Positions 28,340 to 39,131 of a stretch of DNA of 64,000 bases are shown here, piece after piece. Under the pieces are notes generated by a model. That model had not been told where the DNA came from. It did not search any database and was given only the letters and a program-made list of their open reading frames with translations. This DNA is from Aulosira sp. ZfuVER01 (GTDB lineage: Bacteria > Cyanobacteriota > Cyanobacteriia > Cyanobacteriales > Nostocaceae): assembly GCA_034530615.2 (NCBI GenBank), contig JAVRCV020000052.1:160001-224000 (forward strand). Direction: 5' to 3'. The translations under genes were made by a program, and so were the position numbers. Position 1 is the stretch's first letter. Each line of letters starts with the position of its first letter.

Positions 28340-31300
28340 GTGTATCAATGGGGACAATATCAACCAACAATGTTATCTAAACTTCAGACAGTCCAATCTC
28401 TCAACCGCTTAGTTGAGAAAGCTTATATCAATATAATGCCCCTAAGATCTGCTTTAATTGTGCCGATTGTGTTGCAATGTTGTGGATTAGTGGGACTTGT
28501 AAGCTATCTGGCGTTGCACAACGGACAAAAAGCGGTAACAGAAATGGCAACTCAGTTAGCAAGTGAAATCTGCGATCGCATCGAACAACACCTCGATCAA
28601 TACCTAACGACTCCTCAGCAAATCAATCAAGTGAACTGGGATGTGATGCAGCTAGGTTTGTTCAATCTCCCTGACTTGGAAACAACCAGACACTACCTTT
28701 GGAAACAAATGCAGGTTTCAGATATTGGCTACAGTAAGTTTGCCAACCCCAAAGGTGAATTTATCGGGATTGAACGCCTCAATGACGGCACTTTATTGAT
28801 TAAGGAGGTTTTGCAAAAAAATGGTATTGGTAAACTTTATGTTTACACGACAGATCGGCAAGGAAATCGCAGCTATCTTAAGGAAGTTAAAAATTACGAT
28901 CCTCGTCTAGAAGCTTGGTATATAAATGCAATTAATCTTGGCAAGCCTGTCAGGAGTCAAATTTATCAATGGCAGAATAAACCAAAAATTCTCTCCCTAT
29001 CTTCCAGCTATCCGCTTTACGATCGCACTCACAAACTAGTTGGCGTAATTGATATCAATTTGCTCTCGTCAAAAATTAGCCAATTTTTAGGTAAATTAAA
29101 CGTTGGTGACGGAGGCAGAGCCTTTATCTTAGATCGTTCTGGACTCATCGTAGCTTCCTCCACACCAGAACTACCAAACATTACCATTCGAGGTAATCAA
29201 GATTCCTTAATCAAACTCACAACTAAATATTTGCGCCAACAATTTGGCAGCTTAGGGTTTGTAGTTGGCAAACAACAGATTAGCTTTACCACCAAAGAAA
29301 CACGTTATTTTGTCAAGGTAAAAAATTGGCAGGACGAATTTGGTCTTGACTGGCTGATTGTGGTGGTGATTTCCGAAGCCGATTTTATGAAACAAATTTA
29401 CCCTAACAGCACTAATATCTTTTTATTTCTAGTCGCCTTTTTAATAGTTGCACAATTTGGTATTCTAACTGCTCATTGGTTAATTAAGCTAATTATGCAA
29501 TTCAATAAATCAGCTAAGTGGGAACAGACAATAGAAAATCAGCCTATCGAGGAACAAGGAAAATTAGCTAAATTATCTAATAGTAGAGAAAATCAACAGC
29601 AAGAGTCTGTTGCTGGATCAAAATTAAATAAAATCTTATCTGAAAATCAGAGTCAGCCAACTAAGTTTTTCACAGCTATACCCATAAGTGGAACAAGTTT
29701 AGGCGGAAAGCAGCTTGTAGTTAAATATCGTCTACCTGCATTGAAAGCATTACCAGGGCAAAGCTTTAGAGTTAAAGACTTAGAAGTTCGCCATCCTGAA
29801 AAGATGACACCGATGGAAGCTGTCAGAATGCCAATATATGACGAATTGGGCAATATTGCTGCTACCATCCCTAACTTTTCTGACGTTACCCAACCTCAAC
29901 AAGCAGATAAATTATTAACGCAATACAATCGCCTTTTAGAATTACAAGTCAAAAAGCGTACCCAAGAACTCTTAAAAGTTATTCAACAACTACAAACTAC
30001 CCAAAAACAACTGATTCAATCTCAAAAAATCGCAGCCAGAGGAAGATTAGCTGCCGAACGGGCAAACCGTGCCAAAAGCAAATTTCTGGCCAACATGAGC
30101 CATGAATTGCGTACTCCACTCAATGCCATTCTCGGTTTCACCCAAGTTATGAGTAATGACAATTCTTTATCTTCGGAAAATAAAGAAAATTTGGCCATTA
30201 TCAATCGTGCTGGTGAGCATCTCCTCAATTTAATCAATGACATTTTGGAGATGTCTAAAATCGAAGCTGGTAAAACTACTTTCAATGTCAACAGTTTTGA
30301 CTTAATTCGGTTGTTGAAAAGCTTAGAAGAGATGTTTTGCCTGCGTGCTGCTTCTAAAGATTTACAACTAGTATTTGTGTATGCCGCCGATCTACCCCAA
30401 TATGTGCAAACTGATGAAAGTAAACTGCGTCAAGTTTTGCTGAATCTTTTGGGCAATGCCATCAAGTTTACTCATAAAGGTAATGTGACACTGCGAGCGA
30501 GCTGGGAAGCAGGAGAGCAAGACGATCTGAGGCTGTTTTTTGAAGTCCAAGATACTGGCCCTGGTATTGCTCCTCAAGAAATTGAACTTTTATTTGAAGC
30601 TTTTGGGCAAACCGAAACTGGCAGGAATTCGCAACAGGGGACAGGACTAGGCTTAACTATTAGCCGTAAATATATACAAATGATGGGTGGAGATATTACT
30701 GTTACTAGTACTTTAGGTGAGGGAAGTAAATTTATTTTTGATATTCAAATTAGCCCAGCTTCCGCTAGCGAAATTCGGATTCAGCAACGTCAAAACCAAG
30801 TGATTGGGTTAGCACCCGATCAAGGAGAATATCGCATCTTAGTAGTTGACGATATGAGAGATAGTCGGCTGGTGTTAGTTAAAATGCTGACAGCTATTGG
30901 TTTTAGTGTACAGGAAGCTAGTAATGGTCAAGAAGCGATCGCCCAATATCTGGAATGGCAACCACACCTGATTTTTATGGATATGCGGATGCCAGTTATG
31001 GACGGCTACGAAGCAACAAAAGCGATCAAAAAACAAGTGGGGTATAAAGAAGAAATATTACCACCTCATCTCCAAACACGCAGAATAGCTACTGGTCAAC
31101 AGTTAACAGTCTCAGTATGCACCAGTAGGGAAACCAAGCACGTCCCGGTGATTATCGCCTTAACTGCCAGCGCTTTTGAGGAAGAACGACAGAAAATTTT
31201 ATCAATAGGTTGCGATGATTTTATCCGCAAGCCATTTACAAAAGAAGTATTACTAGAAAAAGTCAGCGAACATCTAGGTGTAAAATATATCAGCCCAGTA

Positions 31301-31561
31301 GAAACTGCAAATACAGCAGCTAGTCAACAAACCGAGATATTTCCTAGCGAAGCTGAACTAATCTGGCATTTGTCGCAAATGCCTCCGCAGTGGTTAAGGA
31401 ATATACGTCATGCCGCAGCTAGCTGTAGCGATGACATGATTTTAGAGTTGCTTGAGCAAATTCCCCCAGAAAAAAGTCAACTTTTACGGCTTTTCCGGAA
31501 TTTAGCGAACAACTATCAGTTTGAAAAAATTATGGAATTGACTAGAACAAACGCAGAATGA
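28340..31561 (+). CDS. Hybrid sensor kinase (TM-Cache-TM-HisKA-HATPase-REC)
   Basis: YDPRLEAWY Cache motif, FLANMSHELRTPLN, NAIKFT, DTGPG, GTGLGL, MDMRMP; start uncertain. Confidence 0.88.
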   Translation: MYQWGQYQPTMLSKLQTVQSLNRLVEKAYINIMPLRSALIVPIVLQCCGLVGLVSYLALHNGQKAVTEMATQLASEICDRIEQHLDQYLTTPQQINQVNWDVMQLGLFNLPDLETTRHYLWKQMQVSDIGYSKFANPKGEFIGIERLNDGTLLIKEVLQKNGIGKLYVYTTDRQGNRSYLKEVKNYDPRLEAWYINAINLGKPVRSQIYQWQNKPKILSLSSSYPLYDRTHKLVGVIDINLLSSKISQFLGKLNVGDGGRAFILDRSGLIVASSTPELPNITIRGNQDSLIKLTTKYLRQQFGSLGFVVGKQQISFTTKETRYFVKVKNWQDEFGLDWLIVVVISEADFMKQIYPNSTNIFLFLVAFLIVAQFGILTAHWLIKLIMQFNKSAKWEQTIENQPIEEQGKLAKLSNSRENQQQESVAGSKLNKILSENQSQPTKFFTAIPISGTSLGGKQLVVKYRLPALKALPGQSFRVKDLEVRHPEKMTPMEAVRMPIYDELGNIAATIPNFSDVTQPQQADKLLTQYNRLLELQVKKRTQELLKVIQQLQTTQKQLIQSQKIAARGRLAAERANRAKSKFLANMSHELRTPLNAILGFTQVMSNDNSLSSENKENLAIINRAGEHLLNLINDILEMSKIEAGKTTFNVNSFDLIRLLKSLEEMFCLRAASKDLQLVFVYAADLPQYVQTDESKLRQVLLNLLGNAIKFTHKGNVTLRASWEAGEQDDLRLFFEVQDTGPGIAPQEIELLFEAFGQTETGRNSQQGTGLGLTISRKYIQMMGGDITVTSTLGEGSKFIFDIQISPASASEIRIQQRQNQVIGLAPDQGEYRILVVDDMRDSRLVLVKMLTAIGFSVQEASNGQEAIAQYLEWQPHLIFMDMRMPVMDGYEATKAIKKQVGYKEEILPPHLQTRRIATGQQLTVSVCTSRETKHVPVIIALTASAFEEERQKILSIGCDDFIRKPFTKEVLLEKVSEHLGVKYISPVETANTAASQQTEIFPSEAELIWHLSQMPPQWLRNIRHAAASCSDDMILELLEQIPPEKSQLLRLFRNLANNYQFEKIMELTRTNAE

Positions 31562-33393
31562 ACTACGAGCGGTTAGACCCTGAGAAAAAAGATATTTTGC
31601 TGATTGACGATATGGCAGATAACCTGCGAGTTTTATCCTCTCTGCTAACCAGAGAAGGATATAACGTTCGCAAAGCTTTAAACTGGCAAATGGCTTTAAC
31701 TGCTTGTCAAACAGTATTACCAGATTTGATTTTACTTGACATTATGATGCCGGAGGTTGATGGCTATGAGGTTTGTCAGCGTCTAAAGGCTTGGGATCTG
31801 ACTGCTAAGATTCCCGTCATTTTTATTAGCGCCTTAGATGATGTTTTTGACAAAATCAAAGCCTTTAAGGTAGGGGGTGTAGATTACATTAGCAAACCTT
31901 TTGAACTGCAAGAAGTATTAGTGCGGGTACAAAATCAATTGGCACTGAGATCTGCACAACAAGAAGTGATCAAGCTCAACATCGAACTCGAACAAAGGGT
32001 AAAACAGCGGACTGGGGAACTAGAAAAAGCTCTGCAAAAACTCCAAGGAGAAATCACTACTCGTCAGCAACTGCAAAGTAAATTGTTAGATCTAGCGTTA
32101 CATGATTCGCTGACTGGCTTACCAAATAGAGCTTTGTTTATTAGGCGCATAGAAAAGGCGCTAAATCGTGCTAAACAACAATCTACTTATCAATTTGCCC
32201 TACTTTATTTAGATTGCGATCGCTTTAAAGTTGTCAATGATTCTCTGGGTCATTTGGTAGGAGATGAATTACTATTAGCCATTTCTCATCGGCTACAAAC
32301 ATCTTTAACACCGATGGATACTATCGCCAGATTAGGCGGCGATGAATTTGGCATTTTGCTCGAAAACCCCACAGATATCAATATGGTAATTGAGGTTGCT
32401 GAACGTATTCTCCAGCAACTATCAATTCCATTTAAACTAACTCGATATGAGGTATTTATGAATGCCAGTATCGGCATTTCTTGGGGAAATAGAGACTACG
32501 ATCGCCCAGAATATTTGCTCCGCGATGCTGACACGGCAATGTATCGTGCCAAAGCTTTAGGAAGGGCCAGATATCATGTTTTCGATCCGATAATGTATCA
32601 AGAAGCAATCCAGCTTTTAGAGCTAGAAAACGATCTGCGCAGAGCTGTAGCACGGCAAGAATTTATTGTTTACTATCAACCAATTGTTTCTCTACTTACA
32701 GGCAAAATAGCAGGCTTTGAGGCGTTAGTCCGTTGGCAGCACCCAATTCGGGGTTTAATTTTGCCAGCAGAATTCATTCCTGTAGCCGAAGAAACAGGTT
32801 TGATTAATGCTATTAACACCTGGGTGTTGCAGTCAGCTTGTCAACAATTACATTTATGGCAACATGACCCAGCAATACCCGAAACCTTAACTATCAGTGT
32901 CAATTTAAGTGCCAGGTTGTTTTCCCAACCTAATTTAATCGCCCAAATTGATGAGATTCTTTATGAAACTAAAGTAAATCCAGAAAACTTAGAACTGGAA
33001 ATTACAGAAAGTGTAATTATGGAAAATAGTCATGCAGTTAAAACTATTCTTCAACAATTACAAGAGCGAAGAATTAAGTTAATTATGGATGATTTTGGTA
33101 CGGGTTATTCATCTCTAAGTTATTTGCACAGCTTTCCTTTAAATGCTCTAAAAATTGACAAGTCTTTTGTCAAGCGAATGCAAGAAAATCAAGAAGATTT
33201 GGGTTTAGTACCCGCGATGATTGGCATTGCTGACTCAATGGGTATGAGGGCGATCGCTGAAGGAGTAGAAACCACAGAACAGTTAGCCCAATTGCGGAGT
33301 TTAAACTGTGAATTTGCTCAAGGATTTTTATTTTCTAGACCGATAGAACAGCAATCGGTTCTCAATTTACTCACGACTGCACCTCAATGGTAA
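31558..33393 (+). CDS. REC-GGDEF-EAL c-di-GMP enzyme
   Basis: REC, DSLTGLPNR, GGDEF, EAL, DDFGTGYSS; ATGA overlap with the upstream kinase. Confidence 0.93.
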   Translation: MNYERLDPEKKDILLIDDMADNLRVLSSLLTREGYNVRKALNWQMALTACQTVLPDLILLDIMMPEVDGYEVCQRLKAWDLTAKIPVIFISALDDVFDKIKAFKVGGVDYISKPFELQEVLVRVQNQLALRSAQQEVIKLNIELEQRVKQRTGELEKALQKLQGEITTRQQLQSKLLDLALHDSLTGLPNRALFIRRIEKALNRAKQQSTYQFALLYLDCDRFKVVNDSLGHLVGDELLLAISHRLQTSLTPMDTIARLGGDEFGILLENPTDINMVIEVAERILQQLSIPFKLTRYEVFMNASIGISWGNRDYDRPEYLLRDADTAMYRAKALGRARYHVFDPIMYQEAIQLLELENDLRRAVARQEFIVYYQPIVSLLTGKIAGFEALVRWQHPIRGLILPAEFIPVAEETGLINAINTWVLQSACQQLHLWQHDPAIPETLTISVNLSARLFSQPNLIAQIDEILYETKVNPENLELEITESVIMENSHAVKTILQQLQERRIKLIMDDFGTGYSSLSYLHSFPLNALKIDKSFVKRMQENQEDLGLVPAMIGIADSMGMRAIAEGVETTEQLAQLRSLNCEFAQGFLFSRPIEQQSVLNLLTTAPQW

Positions 33394-33603
33394 AAATTGT
33401 TCGTTAGTTGCTGAAAGTAAATCTACTACTCCTGTTTGATCTGTAAACTAACAAAGTAGAGTTGCGATCGCTCTATTTGCCTTCCCCACAACATGAGAAT
33501 CAGCCTTCACCAAATCTGGTTTCTTAGAAGAGGGGTTATACTATTTCACCAAAAATATGATGTAGACGCAAACCCTGAAACCTGTGCTGAGTCTCAATTT
33601 CTT

Positions 33604-33640
33604 AATTTTGAATTTTGAATTTTGAATTTTGAATTGGTAT
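33604..33640. repeat. Heptamer tandem repeat (AATTTTG)n
   Basis: aattttg x4 followed by aattggtat. Confidence 0.85.
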
Positions 33641-34220
33641 TATCTCCTCCTCATCAGCTGTTACGCATTTAACTTGTATATTTAATCGTCAGGCTTTTCA
33701 TCAAGATCCAATTCAAATTTTCAAAGAAACTCACTGGCAATTTTATACATTATTGCTAGAGGAGGAGTCCGTTTTATCTATTCTGGGAATAAAACACAAT
33801 CCAGAATTGATGAATTGGTCAATGATATAAAAGATGCGATTTAAGTAAGTTATTACGCATTTAAATTGTAGATTTCGCTCTCAGGTTCTCAAAGATCAGC
33901 CAGTCCTGTGGGCGAGTTTCCCGTTGTAGCAAGTCGGACTGCGTTAGTGAGACAGTTGCTCCTCAAGCGTTGCTATAGTTAGTATCGAAAAATTTTATGG
34001 TAAAAATCCAGTGACAGGATAGCATCACAGATGCACAAAAGACAATTATTTGTGGTTCTATCTTTATAAGATTAATATTTGCTAGAAATTGAACATTGCC
34101 TATGCTAAGTAAATTGTATTTGCTAGCTATAGCCAAGCTATCCTATGCCAAAATGAAAGTGATTAATACTTTTAAGGTGAGCGATCGCTCTGAAAGCTAG
34201 ATAAAGGATTGACCTGAGCA

Positions 34221-34835
34221 ATGGCAGACGAAAACAATCAAAATCAAGCGGGAGAGGTAGCTCCCAGCACCAACGAACCAGTAGCGACAGATCTCCCTAC
34301 AGCCAACACGCCAGATCCCAAAGCAGCAAACCCAGAAACTAACCCCAATGCTGCCAAAACCACCTCTGCACCCCCCAAGCGCGAGAAACCCGCCGCCGCT
34401 AAAGCCGATGCAGAAGAAAAACCCGCCGCCGCTAAAGCAGCAGCAAAAAAGGAAAAAGCCCCAGCAGTGGAAGATAAGCCCTTTGTAGAGTTCATACAGC
34501 AAGAGTACTTACCAGCTGTGCAAAAGGCGATTACTCAGCAGGGTGTGTCAGATTTACAGCTATCTTTTGCCAAACAGAAAGTTCCTATCACCGGCTTTGA
34601 ATCATCTGAAGAATGCTGGCAACTAATAGGAAGTTGGCAAGAAGGTTTGCGCCAATTTAATCTTTATTTCCCTGAAGAAGATATTCAGGGTAAAAAAGGA
34701 TTTTCTTGTAATGAAGGTAAAAAACCTAGCACTCTTGAGTCCTTCTTAATTGATGAACGTAAAATCACTCTTGACTTGTTGGTATTTGGTTTAGTACAGC
34801 GTTTGAACGGTCAAAAGTGGCTAGGTAGAAATTAG
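34221..34835 (+). CDS. DUF2996 family protein
   Basis: Ala/Pro/Lys-rich N-terminus, EDKPFVEFI, ESFLIDERKITLDLL, QRLNGQKWLG. Confidence 0.85.
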   Translation: MADENNQNQAGEVAPSTNEPVATDLPTANTPDPKAANPETNPNAAKTTSAPPKREKPAAAKADAEEKPAAAKAAAKKEKAPAVEDKPFVEFIQQEYLPAVQKAITQQGVSDLQLSFAKQKVPITGFESSEECWQLIGSWQEGLRQFNLYFPEEDIQGKKGFSCNEGKKPSTLESFLIDERKITLDLLVFGLVQRLNGQKWLGRN

Positions 34836-34894
34836 TCAACAGTCAAGAGTCATTAGTTTGAGAAAAAGGACAAATGACGAATGGCAAATGACAA

Positions 34895-35851
34895 TTAAAG
34901 TTCATGAAAATGGTAGGTGACGGCTCCAGTAATGGGGTCGTTATCTATTCTTACATAACCTGATTTGAACATTTCCTTCAGACTGGCTTCTACTTCAGCA
35001 AAACTGACTCCCGTTGCTTTCACACCTTGAGTGACAGTGAGAGTGCCACCATTTTTTTCTGCGGCTTCAATCAGTTTAACCATCAGTTGGTTGCCAGTAG
35101 GTCGGTAAGCTGAGGTTGCAACTACAGGCTGGTGTAGCGGCACACCAAAGGGAGATACCCCGGCTTTTGCTCTCAGGGTTTGTTCGTATTCTTCTACCAT
35201 CCGAGGAATAAGGAACAGATCTACGAACTGTCCTACACCCATTAGACCACCACTAAACAGCCACAAAAAACCCGTTAATATTTTGCCATTGTATAAACGG
35301 TGCAGCCCTGCTATACCTACGAAACCAACTGCACACAATAAGTAGGAAGTAGCAACAGGATTGTTGTTGCTACGATTAATTTCGTTTCTCAATACCTCAG
35401 ATAATTTATTTACCTGAAATGAATCCGTAGACGTATTGTTGATAGCGTTCCCATTTGGTGAAGTAGGAGTTGCTAAATAGGGATCGGCAATGAGTTTTTT
35501 GACAAATTTGCCATAGTCTTCTACATCGGCGCGTGTTCCCTGGAATCGATTACCGCGAGCAACCTCCTGACACAGCCTGTTGGCGTTGAGGATACGAGTA
35601 CGCGCCTCGTAGTTGAGATTGCCATACTGTTGCATCAAATCTATTAACTCTTGCCATTGCGCTGCTTGTCGGTCTAGGACTTTGTAACGGGTTTCCGCCT
35701 CAAGAGAATGATTTGCAGCCAGCCAGTCCCGAAAATAGTCTTCCAAAGCACCGTGAAAACTAACCAAAGCGCAACCCAGTAATTCCGGGTCGTTGCCAGC
35801 TTTGTGGATTCGCTCCCAGCCTATGCGCAGCTTAACCGAATAATTACTCAT
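34895..35851 (-). CDS. TM2/NINE membrane protein with extra N-terminal helical domain
   Basis: GLHRLYNGK, GVGQFVDLFLIP TM2 motif; C-terminal LTVTQGV wHTH-like domain. Confidence 0.75.
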   Translation of the reverse strand: MSNYSVKLRIGWERIHKAGNDPELLGCALVSFHGALEDYFRDWLAANHSLEAETRYKVLDRQAAQWQELIDLMQQYGNLNYEARTRILNANRLCQEVARGNRFQGTRADVEDYGKFVKKLIADPYLATPTSPNGNAINNTSTDSFQVNKLSEVLRNEINRSNNNPVATSYLLCAVGFVGIAGLHRLYNGKILTGFLWLFSGGLMGVGQFVDLFLIPRMVEEYEQTLRAKAGVSPFGVPLHQPVVATSAYRPTGNQLMVKLIEAAEKNGGTLTVTQGVKATGVSFAEVEASLKEMFKSGYVRIDNDPITGAVTYHFHEL

Positions 35852-36157
35852 GTATAGCTTTGCTATTATGGTTGTTTTACAAAAATTTTACAGTTTTGAC
35901 AGTCTGAGCGTGTGCAATTGTACTAGCTCCCAATCTGGGGTTTCCCATCAATAGACTAGCGATCGCCGATTCTGGGTTCCGCCAAAATTGAAGTATTGTT
36001 GCAACTCTTAACGTTTCTTCTACTGGTTTTGATCCAGCAGCTTGGTAGACTGAATTTTATACAAATGGTTTATTGTCATCTAGTTGCGCCTTGTGAAAGC
36101 CTAATTTTGGGTTTTCTGGTGTACTCAAGATAATAAAGACAAAAGAGCAATTAAGAC

Positions 36158-37234
36158 ATGGTAGATTCCCTCAAAAAACCAGGCTTTGAAGAATTGCGCC
36201 CAGGGATCAAGATCCCGGCAAAAGAAACACTGTTAACACCCCGGTTTTATACCACCGACTTTGATGAAATGGCGCGGATGGATATCTCCGTCAACGAAGA
36301 CGAGTTACAAGCCATTCTCGAAGAGTTTCGTGCTGACTACAACCGCCATCATTTTGTTCGGGATGCCGAGTTTGAACAATCCTGGGATCATATTGATGGG
36401 GAAACTCGCCGTTTGTTCGTTGAATTTTTAGAACGTTCCTGTACAGCCGAGTTTTCCGGGTTTTTGCTGTACAAAGAACTCGGACGCCGCCTAAAGGATA
36501 AAAGTCCAGTTTTGGCAGAATGCTTCAACTTGATGTCACGAGACGAAGCACGTCATGCAGGCTTTTTGAACAAAGCGATGTCAGATTTTAATCTCTCCCT
36601 AGATTTAGGGTTTTTGACAAAGAGCAGAGATTATACCTTCTTTAAACCGAAATTTATCTTTTACGCCACCTATCTTTCAGAAAAAATTGGTTATTGGCGG
36701 TATATCACCATTTACCGTCATTTAGAAGCGCATCCAGAAGACCGGGTTTATCCGATTTTCCGGTTCTTTGAGAACTGGTGTCAGGATGAAAACCGTCATG
36801 GTGATTTCTTTGATGCAATCATGAAATCCCAGCCGCAAATGTTGAATGATTGGAAGGCAAAACTATGGAGTCGGTTCTTCCTATTGTCAGTGTTTGTGAC
36901 GATGTATCTCAATGACATCCAGCGCAAAGACTTCTATGCGTCAATTGGACTGGATGCACGGGAATACGACATCTATGTGATCAAAAAGACTAATGAAACC
37001 GCAGGCAGAGTTTTCCCGTTGATGCTGGATGTAGAGAATCCAGAGTTTTATCAACGGTTAGATGATTGCGTTGAAAAGATGGCAAAATTGAACGCGATCG
37101 CTAACTCTAAAACACCTAAATTCCTGCAATTCTTCCAGAAGTTACCAATTTTTACCTCCATTGGTTGGCAAATGCTACGGTTGTACCTAATGAAACCGAT
37201 TGATGCTGTTTCTGCTCAAGGTATGGCCCGTTAA
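36158..37234 (+). CDS. acsF: Mg-protoporphyrin IX monomethyl ester oxidative cyclase
   Basis: [51 protein letters not shown] di-iron motifs. Confidence 0.97.
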   Translation: MVDSLKKPGFEELRPGIKIPAKETLLTPRFYTTDFDEMARMDISVNEDELQAILEEFRADYNRHHFVRDAEFEQSWDHIDGETRRLFVEFLERSCTAEFSGFLLYKELGRRLKDKSPVLAECFNLMSRDEARHAGFLNKAMSDFNLSLDLGFLTKSRDYTFFKPKFIFYATYLSEKIGYWRYITIYRHLEAHPEDRVYPIFRFFENWCQDENRHGDFFDAIMKSQPQMLNDWKAKLWSRFFLLSVFVTMYLNDIQRKDFYASIGLDAREYDIYVIKKTNETAGRVFPLMLDVENPEFYQRLDDCVEKMAKLNAIANSKTPKFLQFFQKLPIFTSIGWQMLRLYLMKPIDAVSAQGMAR

Positions 37235-37260
37235 TTGATAACGGTTTTGCGAAATTATTA

Positions 37261-37293
37261 GTGGTTCTGTATTAGTACAGAGCCGCTTTTTTT
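37261..37293 (+). terminator. Intrinsic terminator of acsF
   Basis: gtggttctgta-ttag-tacagagccgc stem with G-U pairs, followed by T7. Confidence 0.75.
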
Positions 37294-37545
37294 GTTACGA
37301 TCCCAACTTTTTTAAAGTCTACTTGCCAGTTATGAACACATCAGCAGCGCCATAAAGGGCTTGTTTTACTATCCCGCCAGAGAATCAATTTGAATGTGAG
37401 TTCGACAGAATTAAAAAACAGCAGGAGACTGAAGCAATAAAAACAAATTCATCTGAAAATCAGGTGAGCTACTTTTAATCGGCTCGATGCCATTACCAAA
37501 GTAGTAGTATGAATTCTGAGCCAATCAGAATATTGGAGAAAGTCT

Positions 37546-38835
37546 ATGCTCCAAAAGGTTGTCATTATAGGAGCGGGTCCGGCTGGACTGTTACTTGCCC
37601 ATTATTTGTTGCGTCGGGGCAAATATCAAGTTGAGATCTATGAGCAGCGTTCTGACCCGCGTTTGGTGGATGTATCACAAGACCGCACGTTTCCAATATC
37701 GCTTCAGGAACGGGGGAGAAAGGCAATCCGTGAGATTGCAGGGTTAGAGGAGGCGATCGCCCAGAAGAGTGTTTTTTGCAATGGAACGAAAATTTATCGC
37801 CAGCCAGGCAAAGCCCGTAACATTCCGCGTGCAACTCCGATTCTCACTATTGACCGCAATCGCCTTGTAAAGATTATCTTGCAGAAGTTAACAAAAACGT
37901 ACACATCAGAACAAGTCATCGTTAAGTTTGGCGTTCAGTGTGTCCAAGTGGATAGGAAAGCTAAGACCGTGATGTTGAAGCCGGAGCAGGGTGAGGCTTT
38001 CACGCTGGCTTACGATCGCTTGGTTGCCGCAGATGGGGCGCGATCGCACATTCGTGACTATTTAGCCCAGGATGCAGGTTTGCACTGTGAGCAAAGCTAT
38101 GTGCTGGATGCATATAAGTCAGTATTTCTCACGCGATTCAATCAGGCGCTGGGGTTAGAGCTGGAACCTGACAAGATCCATGCGTGGAATCGGGACAATA
38201 AGACCCGGATGATGATGGTACCTCAACCTGAAGATCGGCTCAATGGAGTTATTAGTTTTGATGCCCAGCACAATCCGCTAGCAGGATTGTCTACCAAAGA
38301 GGAGGTCTTGACGTTTTTCCAAAAGAACTTTCCTCTGTTTGGGCAGTTGATGTCACAGGAAGAGGCAGAAGCATTATTGCACCGTCCGGTGGGGCGGGTG
38401 TTAACGGTAAGTTGCGATCGCTTTCATGATGGCGATAGTGTTTTGCTCATTGGAGATGCGGCTCATGCAGTGTCGCCAGCGATTGGGCAGGGGTGCAATG
38501 CCTCATTGGAGGATGTACGGATTTTTGATCGGTTGTTGGAAGAGTATCAAGATGATTGGGCCCAGGTTTTACCCGTCTTTTCTGGGCAACGAGTTCCCGA
38601 TGCCCATGCGCTTCGGGAATTGTCAGATTATTCGTTTCCACGCACGAAGGTGTTAGTTGCTGAGTTTTTCTTGCGATTGACCATGAGCAGGTTCCTCCAT
38701 CGCTGGTTCCCTCAGTGGGTGAAGCCGTTTGTCTTCGATCTAGTGCTAAATGAAGATTTACCCTATTCCCAGGTGTTGAGCCTGAGCCAGGGTTGGATTA
38801 ACAAGGTAAAGCGATCGTTCCCTCATCCCTCGTGA
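37546..38835 (+). CDS. FAD-dependent monooxygenase, kynurenine 3-monooxygenase-like
   Basis: IIGAGPAG, ADGARS, GDAAHAVSPAIGQGCNASLED. Confidence 0.85.
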   Translation: MLQKVVIIGAGPAGLLLAHYLLRRGKYQVEIYEQRSDPRLVDVSQDRTFPISLQERGRKAIREIAGLEEAIAQKSVFCNGTKIYRQPGKARNIPRATPILTIDRNRLVKIILQKLTKTYTSEQVIVKFGVQCVQVDRKAKTVMLKPEQGEAFTLAYDRLVAADGARSHIRDYLAQDAGLHCEQSYVLDAYKSVFLTRFNQALGLELEPDKIHAWNRDNKTRMMMVPQPEDRLNGVISFDAQHNPLAGLSTKEEVLTFFQKNFPLFGQLMSQEEAEALLHRPVGRVLTVSCDRFHDGDSVLLIGDAAHAVSPAIGQGCNASLEDVRIFDRLLEEYQDDWAQVLPVFSGQRVPDAHALRELSDYSFPRTKVLVAEFFLRLTMSRFLHRWFPQWVKPFVFDLVLNEDLPYSQVLSLSQGWINKVKRSFPHPS

Positions 38836-39131
38836 ATTGCCCTTGTTATAGACTGCATATAGACAAATAGTACCGTAGCGATTGCTGGCTCCAATAAGGT
38901 TCTGTGTCGTTAGCTAAGTCTGTCCACACAGGAGAAATCACTACAGAATTAGCACTCTTGATTTCGCTTACTCAAAACTTTGGTAAGCGCATAAGCGGTA
39001 TAATAAGTATTTGAACTTATTTAGACAATCCATAGATTAAGGACTCCTTCTCTGGCACACCATGCTGCTTTAACCTATGGATTGTTTTTCTAAGCATTGA
39101 TGCTCGATTTTTAAATTTAAGCAATCAAGTT

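Noticed and set aside
39060..39072. CATGCTGCTT resemblance to a type V-K tracrRNA
   Set aside because: Only about 10 nt of similarity; no cas12k, tns genes or array in the window
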